DNA from: a virus
Length of the DNA stretch: 64,000 bases
Direction: 5' to 3' (one strand)
Virus record (IMG/VR): IMGVR_UViG_3300043571_000313
Coordinates: 1 to 64,000 of that record
Position 1 is the first letter of the stretch; each line of letters opens with the position of its first letter. Below the pieces are notes generated by a model, which saw only the letters and a list, made by a program, of their open reading frames with translations, did no database searches and was not told where the DNA came from. Positions 1 to 9,915 of this stretch are shown piece by piece. Position numbers and translations under genes: made by a program.

Positions 1-193
1 TACGAACTACAGCAACATCGAACTCACACCCGCCACGACATACGACTACCGCGTGTACGCCGTGAATGGCGTAGGTGACTCGACGGTAAGCAACACCGCG
101 ACGGCTACAACCCCTGCGGGCGGTGGAGGTGGCGGGCCGTCCGGCACCGCAACCATTGGGACGCTCAACATTAACACTATGAACATCCAATGA
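1..193 (+). CDS. 3' end of a virion/tail protein with a fibronectin type III domain (partial)
   Basis: Manual translation from base 2: TNYSNIELTPATTYDYRVYAVNGVGDSTVSNTATATT...NIQ*. The LxPxTxYxYRVxAxNxxGxS pattern is typical of FN3. Stop overlaps the next ATG. Confidence 0.7.
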   Translation, partial: TNYSNIELTPATTYDYRVYAVNGVGDSTVSNTATATTPAGGGGGGPSGTATIGTLNINTMNIQ

Positions 194-495
194 GGCTCCT
201 GCCGGTAAATCTCAAGGCCACTCTCCTGTGGCTCACCGATGCCACGACCGAGTGCTGCAACGGGTTCCTGCGCGGCCTGCTGCCGGGCACGGGCGTCGGC
301 GGCGTAGCGGTCGCTCAGACCGACACCACGGATGTGTCCACGCTATCCTGGGCCGGCTTTGGTGGCGTGTTCGTTACGGCGATGAGCAACGGCATCGTGC
401 ATGTCGTGGTCTGGCACCGCACCAATCCGATCCCGAATCCGTTCCGCCGGTCGGACCAAATGCTTCTGCCGATTCGCAACTCATCTTCCACATGA
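190..495 (+). CDS. small membrane protein, putative holin
   Basis: 101 aa with hydrophobic Gly-rich segments; ATGA-coupled in a cluster of small membrane genes. Confidence 0.4.
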   Translation: MRLLPVNLKATLLWLTDATTECCNGFLRGLLPGTGVGGVAVAQTDTTDVSTLSWAGFGGVFVTAMSNGIVHVVVWHRTNPIPNPFRRSDQMLLPIRNSSST

Positions 496-695
496 AACGC
501 CTCATCCTGCTTCTCCCGCTGCTTGGCGCTGGCTGCGTCAGCAAGCACACGCTGCCCACCAACGCCTTCATGCAGGACGTGGAGTCCAAGATCACAACGC
601 CGTGGGGCTCGCACACGCTGGTCATCGGGATGGCCGCGACGGGCGAGGCGGCGAAGAACGTGTCGCTGCCCGAGCCGGTGCCGAAGAAAAAATGA
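492..695 (+). CDS. small lipoprotein (possible spanin-like lysis accessory)
   Basis: ATG at 492 gives MKRLILLLPLLGAGC, a signal peptide with lipobox; Pro-rich C-terminus; ATGA overlaps at both ends. Confidence 0.55.
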   Translation: MKRLILLLPLLGAGCVSKHTLPTNAFMQDVESKITTPWGSHTLVIGMAATGEAAKNVSLPEPVPKKK

Positions 696-925
696 ACTAC
701 GACCCGCACAGTCCTGACTCGATGTTCACTCGCATCATGGAAAAGCTCGAAGACATCGACGCGCGTACAACGCGGATCGAGACTCAGGTGAACTTGACCA
801 ACGGGCGCGTCGGTCATCTGGAGCGGTGGCGCGAAATGGCTCGCGCGCACATCAAAGCGATTTCCGCCATCACCTCGATGGTCATTGGTGCGCTTATCTG
901 GGCCGTTGAGAAGGTGTTTTTTTGA
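692..925 (+). CDS. XhlA-like/holin-like protein (coiled coil plus C-terminal TM helix)
   Basis: ATG at 692 gives MNYDPHS...IDARTTRIETQVNLTNGRVGHLE followed by hydrophobic ISAITSMVIGALIWAV. Confidence 0.55.
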   Translation: MNYDPHSPDSMFTRIMEKLEDIDARTTRIETQVNLTNGRVGHLERWREMARAHIKAISAITSMVIGALIWAVEKVFF

Positions 926-992
926 TATGAACCCGGAAGGCGCTTGACCGAAGTGTAGCCTCTTTTACTAGGTAACTCATCCCCCAAATTCC

Positions 993-1403
993 ATGCCGCT
1001 CCAGTATTCGGAAACTCTTCGCAACGCACAGCTGGACGCCATTGAGACCGTGATCGGGGCCTCCGCCGTCCTGCGCATATACGATCTCACGGGCGCCGCT
1101 CCTGCCAACACTGCGGCTGCGATCGTGGCGACCACTCTGGTCTCGATCTCATTGCCGGCGGATTGGATGGCCGCCGCCAGCGCGGGCTCCAAGGTGAAAA
1201 ATGGGGCGTGGTCCGCTGTTGCGAGCGGATCTGGAACTGCAGACTTTTTTCGGATCTTCTCCTCGGACGGCACGACCTGCCACGGGCAGGGCACCGTGAC
1301 GCTGACGGGCGGCGGTGGAGACATGACGCTGGACGGGGTTGGCATCACTGCCGGACAAACGGTCACGGTCAACACGTTCACGATCAATCGCGGAAACGCC
1401 TAA
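993..1403 (+). CDS. putative virion structural protein
   Basis: 136 aa, Gly/Ala/Thr-rich and beta-type (LRNAQLDAIE...GTADFFRI...GQTVTV), in the structural operon. Confidence 0.6.
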   Translation: MPLQYSETLRNAQLDAIETVIGASAVLRIYDLTGAAPANTAAAIVATTLVSISLPADWMAAASAGSKVKNGAWSAVASGSGTADFFRIFSSDGTTCHGQGTVTLTGGGGDMTLDGVGITAGQTVTVNTFTINRGNA

Positions 1404-1405
1404 CC

Positions 1406-1834
1406 ATGGCCGACAACGTACAGATCACCGCCGGCTCTGGCACTGCGGTCAGCACCGACGAGATCGACGGCGTACACATCCAGCGAGTGAAGGTCGGCCA
1501 CGGTGCCGACGGCAAATACTCCGACGTCTCGCTCGCCGAACCCCTGCCGATCCAGGCATCGCGGACGGACGACCTGCTGGTAGCCCTCTCGCGCATCGTG
1601 CGCCTGCTCGAGTCGTCCGGCGTTGTCGATCAGCAGCAGCGCCAGCGTGTTTCGGTGGATATTTTTCCGGCGACGATCCCGACCGTCACAACCGTCACAA
1701 CCGTCACAACCGTGGCCACGGTCAGCTCTCTCACGAACGCTGCTGCCATCGCCGGCATGGACCGGGAGCAGTACATCAACATCGCCCGGAACGCCTATGC
1801 GAACGGGATTCGCGCAGCTTTGACCTTCGCCTAA
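1406..1834 (+). CDS. putative virion protein
   Basis: Start moved to ATG 1406 (MADNVQITAGSG...VHIQRVK); contains a TVT repeat. Confidence 0.6.
   Translation: MADNVQITAGSGTAVSTDEIDGVHIQRVKVGHGADGKYSDVSLAEPLPIQASRTDDLLVALSRIVRLLESSGVVDQQQRQRVSVDIFPATIPTVTTVTTVTTVATVSSLTNAAAIAGMDREQYINIARNAYANGIRAALTFA
1682..1713 (+). repeat. 9-bp tandem repeat ACCGTCACA x3 plus a partial copy
   Basis: Seen directly; encodes TVTTVTTVTTV. Confidence 0.85.
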
Positions 1835-1840
1835 ATAATT

Positions 1841-4483
1841 ATGCCCGCTCTAACTGCGAACAACCTCACCAAGCAGGTCGACCTCCCGGTATGGGAATGG
1901 ACGCGGTTTGCGCCAGCCGTGTCGTCCGCACTCTCGTCGTCGTGCAGCGCGGATAACGGCAACTTTCTGCCGTCCGAGCATGGCCGCTACATCTACTACC
2001 TGATTTCCGCCACGCAGTTCGTCCGCTACGATACGTGGACGGACATGTACCAGCAGTTGCAGTCGCCGCCGTTTACGCCCGCGACGATGACTGCGATGAA
2101 GTTCGCCGGGGCGCTTGGACCCGAAGGGGAGGTCATTTCCGCGACCTCGACCACGCTGCAACTCCCGGCAATTACGCAGGGCAGCATGGTGGGCTACGAT
2201 GTGGTGATCGTTAGCGGTACGGGTGCCGGACAGCGGCGCACCATCACTGCGGTTGCTGATCCGGTGGTAGCGGACAGTGGTATTGCCACGGCGGTCGCCA
2301 ACGCGCTCGGTGGCATCACGCTTACGGATACCCTCAAGGCTTTCACCTTTAACCAGTATGAGGGCTACACGTTGCGCGTGGCGAACACGCCAGCCGGTAG
2401 CTCGGGCCAGATTCGCCGCATTTTGAGCAATACCGCGACGGTGTTGACGGTTGGTGACACCACGCAAATGAACCGGCCTTGGAATAACCCGGCCATTTTT
2501 GCGCCCGCCATTTCGGCGACGGCAGGGTCGCAGACGTTTTACAGCATCGAATCGCAAGTGGTGACGGTTGATTCAGCGTGGGCTACGACGCCGGATGCCA
2601 CGTCGGTATTCCGCATCCAAAGCGGCATGATTCTACTTGGCTCTGGTGGCGGAACGACGGCCACGCCGGCCGCGCCGTTCTACTCGATGCAGGCGTATGA
2701 CATCCTGACGGATACGTGGTACATCCTGCCCGCCTACACGAACAACTACGTGGCGACGCTGACGGATTTGTCCATCGAGCGCACGACGGAGAACTCGTCG
2801 ATCTGGGAGCGTGGCATTGCGACGGGCGGCACCAACACGACGCTCGTGGATGCCACACGCGGCGTAGATGTCGCCGCGTGGCACACAAATCAGTGGGCGG
2901 GCTACTGGGTTTTCGTGTATTCAGGCACAGGGGCGGGGAATATCCGCCGGATCGACAGCAACACCGGCACCACGCTGACTTTTACCGCCCACCTTTCGCC
3001 CAACACCGACACGACCAGCCGCTACCTTATCCTCGGCTTCGACGCGGGCACGGCGACGGCGGGTGCGGCCTCGACGCTGACGGACTCGACGAAGGCGTGG
3101 GCGACAAACCGCTGGGCCAACTACGTCGTGCGCATCCTGCACGGCACCGGCATCGGGCAGACGCGCATCATCGCCTCAAACACGGCGACGGTTCTGACGG
3201 TGCAGAATGCGTGGAGCACCACCCCAGACAACACGTCGGTGTTCGCGATTCAGGCCAACCCGGACACGCTGTATCTGGTGAGCGGCGGTAACGCTGCGAT
3301 CCTGATGCACAATATGGATTCGATGGTCGCCACGTTTGGGCGACAGCAGGACTGGGGCATCGCTCGCAATGCGTCGGCAGTCGTCGGAGCCAATCAGCCG
3401 GTGGCAATTGCCTCCGCAACGTGGTCGGGAAATGTCGCCACGGTAACGACCGCGCACGCTCATCAGTTCAAAGTCGGCGACTCGGTAACTGTGTCCGGCA
3501 TCACGACGACCACCGCGCTCAACACCACCGCAACGATCACGACTGTGGCGTCTGCGACCACGTTCGCCTACGCGCTGACGGGCAGCGGATCGCCAACTGT
3601 AACGGCTCAATCCACCACGACGCTAACCGACGCCACGAAAAATTGGACGACGAACGAGCACGCTGGGCGGCTGGTCTACCTCAACACGGCGGCAATCACC
3701 GCCGCCTCGGGATCGGCCGCAGGGCAGGTGGTGCGCATCTCAAGCAACACGGCCACCACGCTGACCTTTGCGGCGACGGTCACCGCCCCGACGAACGGCG
3801 TCAGCCGCTACTCAATCGCTCGTGGAGACGCCATCGGCACATTGGACTTCGGCGTGGCAACGGGCACGCAGTCCACCACCACGATCCAGGACACCACCAA
3901 AACGTGGGCGGTCAACATCTGGGCGGGTCGCCGCGTGCGCGTGCTCACCTCGGGCGGTCCCATTGAGGTCATTATTGCCAGCAACACGGTCAACACGCTG
4001 ACCGTCGCGACCATAACGCTTCCGGTCACGCTCGTGACGCAGTACGCGATTCTTGAGGGCAACGCCAAAGGCGTCGGCACCAACGCCAACTGGATCTTCG
4101 GCGCGAGCAACTCAGCGTATAAAGGGCGGTTTATCTTCATTGCACGCGGCGGCGGCGCTTACGGCTTTGAGCGGCTGGACCTGACAACGGATCGCATTAG
4201 CGTGATTAACACTTCACCACTCAGCGAGACGCTTACCACCGGCTCGATGACGGCCTACGATGGCGGCGACCGCATCTACTTCCACAAGGACGCCACGCAG
4301 CGGGTGTATTCGCTCGATGTCGTTACCGGCAAGATCAATGGCGCAAGCATGTTCCCGTATGCGGCCCCAACCGCAATCATCGGCAACCGCATGGAGGTTT
4401 TCACCACCAAGGACGGGCTCAAGTACCTCTGGCTCAACCGAGCCAGTTTCGCGGAATGCTTCCGGTGCTTGTTGTTCTGGTAA
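1841..4483 (+). CDS. Thr-rich repetitive tail fibre/adhesin-like protein
   Basis: 880 aa with several copies of a module TLxDxTKxWxxNxWAG..V.I..GTG.GQ.R.I.SNT...LT; propeller-like YD..TD.W segments at both ends. Confidence 0.65.
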   Translation: MPALTANNLTKQVDLPVWEWTRFAPAVSSALSSSCSADNGNFLPSEHGRYIYYLISATQFVRYDTWTDMYQQLQSPPFTPATMTAMKFAGALGPEGEVISATSTTLQLPAITQGSMVGYDVVIVSGTGAGQRRTITAVADPVVADSGIATAVANALGGITLTDTLKAFTFNQYEGYTLRVANTPAGSSGQIRRILSNTATVLTVGDTTQMNRPWNNPAIFAPAISATAGSQTFYSIESQVVTVDSAWATTPDATSVFRIQSGMILLGSGGGTTATPAAPFYSMQAYDILTDTWYILPAYTNNYVATLTDLSIERTTENSSIWERGIATGGTNTTLVDATRGVDVAAWHTNQWAGYWVFVYSGTGAGNIRRIDSNTGTTLTFTAHLSPNTDTTSRYLILGFDAGTATAGAASTLTDSTKAWATNRWANYVVRILHGTGIGQTRIIASNTATVLTVQNAWSTTPDNTSVFAIQANPDTLYLVSGGNAAILMHNMDSMVATFGRQQDWGIARNASAVVGANQPVAIASATWSGNVATVTTAHAHQFKVGDSVTVSGITTTTALNTTATITTVASATTFAYALTGSGSPTVTAQSTTTLTDATKNWTTNEHAGRLVYLNTAAITAASGSAAGQVVRISSNTATTLTFAATVTAPTNGVSRYSIARGDAIGTLDFGVATGTQSTTTIQDTTKTWAVNIWAGRRVRVLTSGGPIEVIIASNTVNTLTVATITLPVTLVTQYAILEGNAKGVGTNANWIFGASNSAYKGRFIFIARGGGAYGFERLDLTTDRISVINTSPLSETLTTGSMTAYDGGDRIYFHKDATQRVYSLDVVTGKINGASMFPYAAPTAIIGNRMEVFTTKDGLKYLWLNRASFAECFRCLLFW

Positions 4484-4487
4484 AACC

Positions 4488-4667
4488 ATGACCATCGCGA
4501 CCCTGATAGAACTGTTGCAGAATCGCCTCGCTGCGCTCGCCGAGAGGCGCGCGTTGCTAGTTCGCATCGGCGACATTGCTGGGGTCGTGGGGCTAGACGC
4601 CGAGCGCGACGAAACCGAATCCACACTCACGACGCTGAAAGGAACTCAGGCCGACGGGGGAGGTTAA
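4488..4667 (+). CDS. small hypothetical protein
   Basis: ATG 4488 gives MTIATLIELLQNRL..., tightly packed between neighbours. Confidence 0.55.
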   Translation: MTIATLIELLQNRLAALAERRALLVRIGDIAGVVGLDAERDETESTLTTLKGTQADGGG

Positions 4668-4670
4668 TCC

Positions 4671-5468
4671 GTGCTCCTACTTTTCGGCACAGGCGGCACA
4701 GGCGGCCCGGGGGGAATTGCCGCCTCGCTGTCGCTCACCGAGGATGCCGACACGCTGAATGCGGCTGGCTCGGTGGCGGTGGCTGCACAGGCGGCACTCA
4801 CCGAGGTTGCTGACACGCTGACTGCGGCCGGATCGGTGCCAGTGGTCGCGCAGGCGGCGTTCACCGAGGTTGCTGATACGCTGACTGCGAATGGCCTGGT
4901 GCCAGTATCCGGTGCGCTGGTAGCCACGGAGGCCAGCGACACGCTTTCAAGCGCGGTCCTTGTCTCGGTTTCCGCAGCGGCCTCGCTTATTGAGGCATCC
5001 GACACGGTCACCTCGAGTGCCGGCGTTGTTGTTACTGCATCGCTCGTCGCAACAGAGGCGGCAGACACGCTGACAGCGTCCGGTGGCAGCGATTTTGGTG
5101 CTGTGTCCGGCACGCTCGTTGCGACCGAGGCTGCCGACACACTTACGGCGTCCGGGTCCGTATCGGTCAGGGCCAGCCTTTCGGCGGCGGAAGCCCCCGA
5201 TACCCTGGGAGCTGCCGGCTCGGTGCTAATCGTCGCAGTTGCGGTGATCACCGATCAGGCGGATACACTGACCTCGTCGGGCATCGTGCTCGATCCACGG
5301 TTTGCCGCGCTGGTGGCGACCGAGGCTTCGGACACGTCAAGCGCAGTGGCGGTCGCCTTTTTCCGCCCAGGATCGGTGGGAGGCGCCCGGCCTATTTCTG
5401 GATCTCCGAGCGGTTTTCTACCCGCTGGAACTGCAATCAATCGAACCCCTGAATACGCCGTGCCATGA
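4671..5468 (+). CDS. virion protein with ~21-aa repeats
   Basis: About ten copies of LxxTExxDTLxAxGxV; near-identical 63-nt-period DNA copies around 4787-4889. Confidence 0.65.
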   Translation: MLLLFGTGGTGGPGGIAASLSLTEDADTLNAAGSVAVAAQAALTEVADTLTAAGSVPVVAQAAFTEVADTLTANGLVPVSGALVATEASDTLSSAVLVSVSAAASLIEASDTVTSSAGVVVTASLVATEAADTLTASGGSDFGAVSGTLVATEAADTLTASGSVSVRASLSAAEAPDTLGAAGSVLIVAVAVITDQADTLTSSGIVLDPRFAALVATEASDTSSAVAVAFFRPGSVGGARPISGSPSGFLPAGTAINRTPEYAVP

Positions 5469-5782
5469 TCTATCTGAAGCAACACGACACAGCTCGGTAT
5501 ATCGAGCAGACCCTCTTACTCGGATCAGCGCCAATCAACCTGACGGGCTGCACTGTGCAACTGGTCTTCCGCAGGCTGCCTGCGGGAGATGTGTTCATCA
5601 GAACTGCAGAGGTCGTGGCGCCTGCTTCGGCGGGCATCGTCCGCTACCTGCCCGTCGCGGAGGATGTTTCAGTCCCAGGCGAATATGACCTCGAATGGGT
5701 GATCGCGTACCCCGACGGCTCCCGAATCAGCATTCCCACTCGACGGCCGGTGCGCATGACCATTCAAGCGGCGCTGGCTTGA
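5465..5782 (+). CDS. BppU-N-like baseplate/tail Ig-fold protein
   Basis: IYLKQHDT...PINLTGCTV...GIVRY...D...PGEYDLEW.I.YPDG...SIP pattern. Confidence 0.6.
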   Translation: MIYLKQHDTARYIEQTLLLGSAPINLTGCTVQLVFRRLPAGDVFIRTAEVVAPASAGIVRYLPVAEDVSVPGEYDLEWVIAYPDGSRISIPTRRPVRMTIQAALA

Positions 5783-5813
5783 CGATAAAGTAACCCACGG
5801 ATATGCGTTTTCC

Positions 5814-7688
5814 ATGCCGCGCCGCCAGTCCGTACTAACATTCCGGCCGAAGGACGGAGGCTCTTTCGTCACGAGCGTCTCCATGGAGAACGCCGGTGCC
5901 GATAACTATGTCGCCAAGACGAACTGGAGGCGAGTGTCGGATCGCGAATGCACTCGCGAGGGGGATGTGCTGTTTCGGCCCAACACCGGGCTGGCGCAAG
6001 GAGTGCAGGCGCTCAACAGCACCGGGCCAGTAATCGGTTTGTGGGAGGCGGTTAGGCCGAATGGCGAGCGCGCGGTGGTGGCGGCGACAGCGACTACACT
6101 GTACAAGTACGTCTTTTCCAGCGGCACATGGTCGACCATTGGGACTGGGTACTCGGCCACCGGGAGGCGCTGGCAGGTCGAGTCGCTAGATGGATACCTC
6201 ATCTTCAACAACACGGTTGACCTGCCGTTCACGTACCGCGTGGAGGATGCCGGCGTTTCACCCATCCATGAACTGCGGGAGATCGGCGTAGCCGCAGTCG
6301 GGCACATCATGGTCTTTAATGGGTTCCTCATCTGCGGGGACTTGACGGAAATAATTGCCGCCGAACTGGCGGGCGTGATGAACAGCGGCAGCCCGTACGG
6401 CTTGGTGGCTTCCAACAAGGTGAACCGGATTCGGTATAAGCTCGCGTGGTCGGACTACAACGCTCCGCGCAACTGGGCACCGATCATCACAGGCACGATC
6501 CAGTCGGCTTCGAAGAACGTCGTCACACTCCAGTATCCGGTGACTGCGCTTCCCAACGGCGCCCGGGTTGGCGTGATCGGGGCCGGCGCTGACGGAGGCA
6601 TGCTGGGAGGAGATGAGGCGAACCCGGACGGCATCCTGATCACGAACGTAACCGGCGCGGTGCTCACGCTACAGGTGGCTGCGGACGCGGCGCTCACGTA
6701 TCCACTCACGGTTCAGGTCACAAGGTTCGCGGACGTCAGCACTTTCGCAGGCAGCGCGTCACTTCAGGACGACAGCGCAGGCATCCAGGGATTGAAGCCG
6801 CTGAACCGAGGCTTGTTTGCCGTTTACCGGGACACGGGGATCTTCCACGGACGGTACACGGGCGAGGTCGAGAACCCGTTTGTCTTCCAGCCGGTTTACT
6901 CGGGGCGCAACGTTCCGTTCTATCAGGACGCAATCCAAGAGCTGTTCGGCGATCGGCATGTGTACCCAACCGAGAACGCATTCTATGTTTACGACGGCAC
7001 CGGCGAGCCGACCCTGTTCGGGGCACTTGATGTCGTTTCGAGTGTGTTCTTCGACGGCATCACTGATGCAAACGCCTTTTCGGCGCACAACCCGATCACG
7101 AAGGAGCTGTGGTTTTTTGCGACGAACGGCGTACTCGCGTACGACTACCTTACGAACTCGGCCAGTTGGATTGACCGTGCGTACACTGCTGCGGCTTACG
7201 TCCGAAAGCCTGACGGCACATCATCTACGACCCCATCCGACTGGTGGTTCATCATGGCTAGGGCTGGTCGCGTCCTCTGCTATGGGCTAACCCACAACGG
7301 CGCGGGCACCTTCTTGCGCGTGAAAGACAGCGACGCAACCACCCAGGCGTACACGGCCCTGCTTCGTTCCGGGCTCATGTACGCGGGCGACGAGAACAAC
7401 GAGAAGGATCTCTATGCGTTCACGCCGATTCTCGGATCGCAAACCGGGCACGTCGACGTGCATGTGAGGTTGTACGGCTGCGACAACCCTGCGATCAGCC
7501 CAGAGCTGCTTTGCGACGTTCTTCTCGACGAGCCGACCGTCGTGAACGAGGTGTCCGTTTTCTTCAGGAACATATACTTCCAGGATGAGATCGAGGTGAC
7601 AGTGTCCGGCGTTCGGGTGGATCTTTCAGCGCGTCAATACAAGCTCGCGCGCGTCGGTTCCGATGGCGTGACTCGTTCCGCCTTTTGA
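5814..7688 (+). CDS. putative tail nozzle/DNA-stabilization protein
   Basis: 624 aa, beta-rich, with HNPITKELWFF..VLAYDY....W as in podovirus nozzle proteins; precedes tail and ejection genes. Confidence 0.5.
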   Translation: MPRRQSVLTFRPKDGGSFVTSVSMENAGADNYVAKTNWRRVSDRECTREGDVLFRPNTGLAQGVQALNSTGPVIGLWEAVRPNGERAVVAATATTLYKYVFSSGTWSTIGTGYSATGRRWQVESLDGYLIFNNTVDLPFTYRVEDAGVSPIHELREIGVAAVGHIMVFNGFLICGDLTEIIAAELAGVMNSGSPYGLVASNKVNRIRYKLAWSDYNAPRNWAPIITGTIQSASKNVVTLQYPVTALPNGARVGVIGAGADGGMLGGDEANPDGILITNVTGAVLTLQVAADAALTYPLTVQVTRFADVSTFAGSASLQDDSAGIQGLKPLNRGLFAVYRDTGIFHGRYTGEVENPFVFQPVYSGRNVPFYQDAIQELFGDRHVYPTENAFYVYDGTGEPTLFGALDVVSSVFFDGITDANAFSAHNPITKELWFFATNGVLAYDYLTNSASWIDRAYTAAAYVRKPDGTSSTTPSDWWFIMARAGRVLCYGLTHNGAGTFLRVKDSDATTQAYTALLRSGLMYAGDENNEKDLYAFTPILGSQTGHVDVHVRLYGCDNPAISPELLCDVLLDEPTVVNEVSVFFRNIYFQDEIEVTVSGVRVDLSARQYKLARVGSDGVTRSAF

Positions 7689-7691
7689 TTT

Positions 7692-8879
7692 ATGGCACTC
7701 ATCGACAAAACATCGCCTCCGCAGCCGGTTCGCGGATCGTCGCCGCTCCCGAGCGCCTACCCGAAGACGCCGGCCGACGTACTTCGGCGCTTCCCGAGCA
7801 TGGTCGGGTTCGACCGCGAGGTTGCCGAGCACCACCGTCGGCTGCGCAGCTCCTTGTACTCCACCCTCGACGAGCTCGGCGTCAGCGCCAGCAAGACCGA
7901 CACAAAGGTGGGGGCGGTTGAGAGTCTAGTGTCGGTCGAATCGCGCTCCCGCCGGCAATCGGACGGATACCTCGAGGGCTACTATGCGTTGCGCGTGACC
8001 GCCGGCAATGTGGTAACCGGCATGAAGATCACCTCGGCGTCGGGTCCCGGGACGGAGATCAGCGACGTCACGTTTGCGGCTGCGAATTTCAGGATCTTCA
8101 ACGGGCTTACCGGAGTTCAGACCTTCGCGGTCGATGGGCTGGGCAACGTGTCGCTGGCCGGCACGATCACACTTTCGAGTTTGCAGGTCAGCGGACTCGG
8201 CGCTCTCGCGCTGTTGAACAGCGTCGCGTACGGCGACATCTCCGGGTCGAAGCCGCCGGTCAATGCCGACGTGACGCTGGCTGCGATCAACGGCGGACTG
8301 GCCATCACCGGCGGCGGGCTCCAGCTACTGTCCGGCGGCGCCGCTCTTCGTGGCGGTCAGACCGCGTACGATACCGGCCTCGGCTTCTGGCTCGGCGATG
8401 CCGCCGGCACCACCAAGTTTTCCATCGGCAACTCCGGCGGGAACAAGCTGACCTGGAATGGCAGCGCGCTCACGATGGTGGGAACCGTCACCGCGACGTC
8501 GGGTAACATTGCCGGATTCACGCTGGGTGCGAACGGCTTCACGTCTGGCGCCGGAGCCACCTACTTCAACATCAACACCGACGCGACGGCTGGTTTGACA
8601 ATGGGTGACGCGTCCGGCGACCAGGTCCGGTTGTTTACGGGGGTGGGAACTGCGCAAGCCTGCATCTACGACGCCGGCAGTCTGGCCGCGGAGATGAAGA
8701 AGGGGCAATTAAGCCTCTTCTCGTTTGCGGGCGACACCCGCATCTACTCGTCGAGCCTCGGAATAGTGTTCAGTTCCGACACGAACATCTACCGGACGGC
8801 TGCCAACCACCTGAAGACTGACGACGCGTTTACTGCGGTGGGCGTGATCACCGCCGCGTCATTCAACACCGTCCCGTAA
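7692..8879 (+). CDS. tail tip/fibre protein (J C-terminal, DUF1983-like segment)
   Basis: YALRVTAGNVVTGMKI...FAAANFRIF...FAV motif; Gly-rich GQTAYDTGLGFWLG...KFSIGN segment. Confidence 0.55.
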   Translation: MALIDKTSPPQPVRGSSPLPSAYPKTPADVLRRFPSMVGFDREVAEHHRRLRSSLYSTLDELGVSASKTDTKVGAVESLVSVESRSRRQSDGYLEGYYALRVTAGNVVTGMKITSASGPGTEISDVTFAAANFRIFNGLTGVQTFAVDGLGNVSLAGTITLSSLQVSGLGALALLNSVAYGDISGSKPPVNADVTLAAINGGLAITGGGLQLLSGGAALRGGQTAYDTGLGFWLGDAAGTTKFSIGNSGGNKLTWNGSALTMVGTVTATSGNIAGFTLGANGFTSGAGATYFNINTDATAGLTMGDASGDQVRLFTGVGTAQACIYDAGSLAAEMKKGQLSLFSFAGDTRIYSSSLGIVFSSDTNIYRTAANHLKTDDAFTAVGVITAASFNTVP

Positions 8880-9875
8880 GTGCCATCTGGATACAAAGTC
8901 AACGGGGTCGACCTCGACTCGATCTTTGCTGCTCGAGGCGGTTCTACCCCGGCCGCGAACACCGGGTACAGGGTGAACGGCGTGGACATTTCAGACCGCT
9001 ATCGCGCATCAACCGGGATCGCCGATCGCATCGGTTACAACACCGGGTACAAGGTGAACGGGACTGATCTCAAAAGCATTTTCCGCGACATCAACTACGT
9101 TGCCGCTCCCGTGATCACAACGCACCCATCCAACCAGACTGTCACCGTTGGCGGCAGTGTTACCTTCACGGTCGTCGCTTCAGGCGTCGGCCCGCTCATG
9201 TATCAGTGGGTCAAGGATACAGACGGCAACGCCGTCTCTGGTGCCACTTCGGCCTCGCTCACCATCAACCCGGTCGCGCTGGGAGACAGTGGCAGCTACG
9301 CTTGCTTCGTTGAAAACGCGGGCGGGCAGGTCCGAAGCAATTACGCATCGCTGACCGTCAACAGCCCGCCGGTCATCACGGGCAATCCGTCTGGCACCAT
9401 CGGCTGCGCGGGCGTCACCGTCACGCTCACGGTGGCGGCGTCGGGCAGCGGGCTCTCCTACCAGTGGCGGAAGAATGGGTCGAACGTGCTTGGCGCCACC
9501 AGCAGCACACTCACTTATTCACCCGCCGCCTCGTCGGATTCCGGCTCCTACGACTGCGTGGTGACGAATGCCTACGGCAGCGTCACGTCGGCGGCTGCCA
9601 CGGTCACGGTCGATGACGCCCCGTTCATCACCGGCGGCACCATTGTCGGCGGCCCGTACACGCTCAACACCGGCGACGCCGTGAATTTCTTCGTCACCGC
9701 CACCGGCACCAACCTCACCTACGTCTGGAAAAAGAACGGTACGCCCACCGGAAACACTGGATCGTCCATCCCGGTGTTCTTTGCCGTGGTCGCCGACAGC
9801 GGCACATACGAGGTCGAAGTCTCAAACGCCTGCGGCACCGTCAGCAGTTCCGCTTCGCTCACCGTCAACCCCTGA
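8880..9875 (+). CDS. virion protein with three Ig-like (I-set type) domains
   Basis: Three PxIT..P...V..G..YQW.K.G..GAT..L....DSGSY.C.V.N..G repeats; N-terminal GY(K/R)VNGxD repeat x3. Confidence 0.8.
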   Translation: MPSGYKVNGVDLDSIFAARGGSTPAANTGYRVNGVDISDRYRASTGIADRIGYNTGYKVNGTDLKSIFRDINYVAAPVITTHPSNQTVTVGGSVTFTVVASGVGPLMYQWVKDTDGNAVSGATSASLTINPVALGDSGSYACFVENAGGQVRSNYASLTVNSPPVITGNPSGTIGCAGVTVTLTVAASGSGLSYQWRKNGSNVLGATSSTLTYSPAASSDSGSYDCVVTNAYGSVTSAAATVTVDDAPFITGGTIVGGPYTLNTGDAVNFFVTATGTNLTYVWKKNGTPTGNTGSSIPVFFAVVADSGTYEVEVSNACGTVSSSASLTVNP

Positions 9876-9915
9876 TTTGCCTCGACAAGAGTAACTCATC
9901 CTTTGGGGTAATACC

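Noticed and set aside
190-925. Complete lysis cassette
   Set aside because: No endolysin recognised in the window; it may lie outside.
1841-9875. Diversity-generating retroelement targeting tail genes
   Set aside because: No reverse transcriptase and no template/variable repeat pair differing at adenines was seen.
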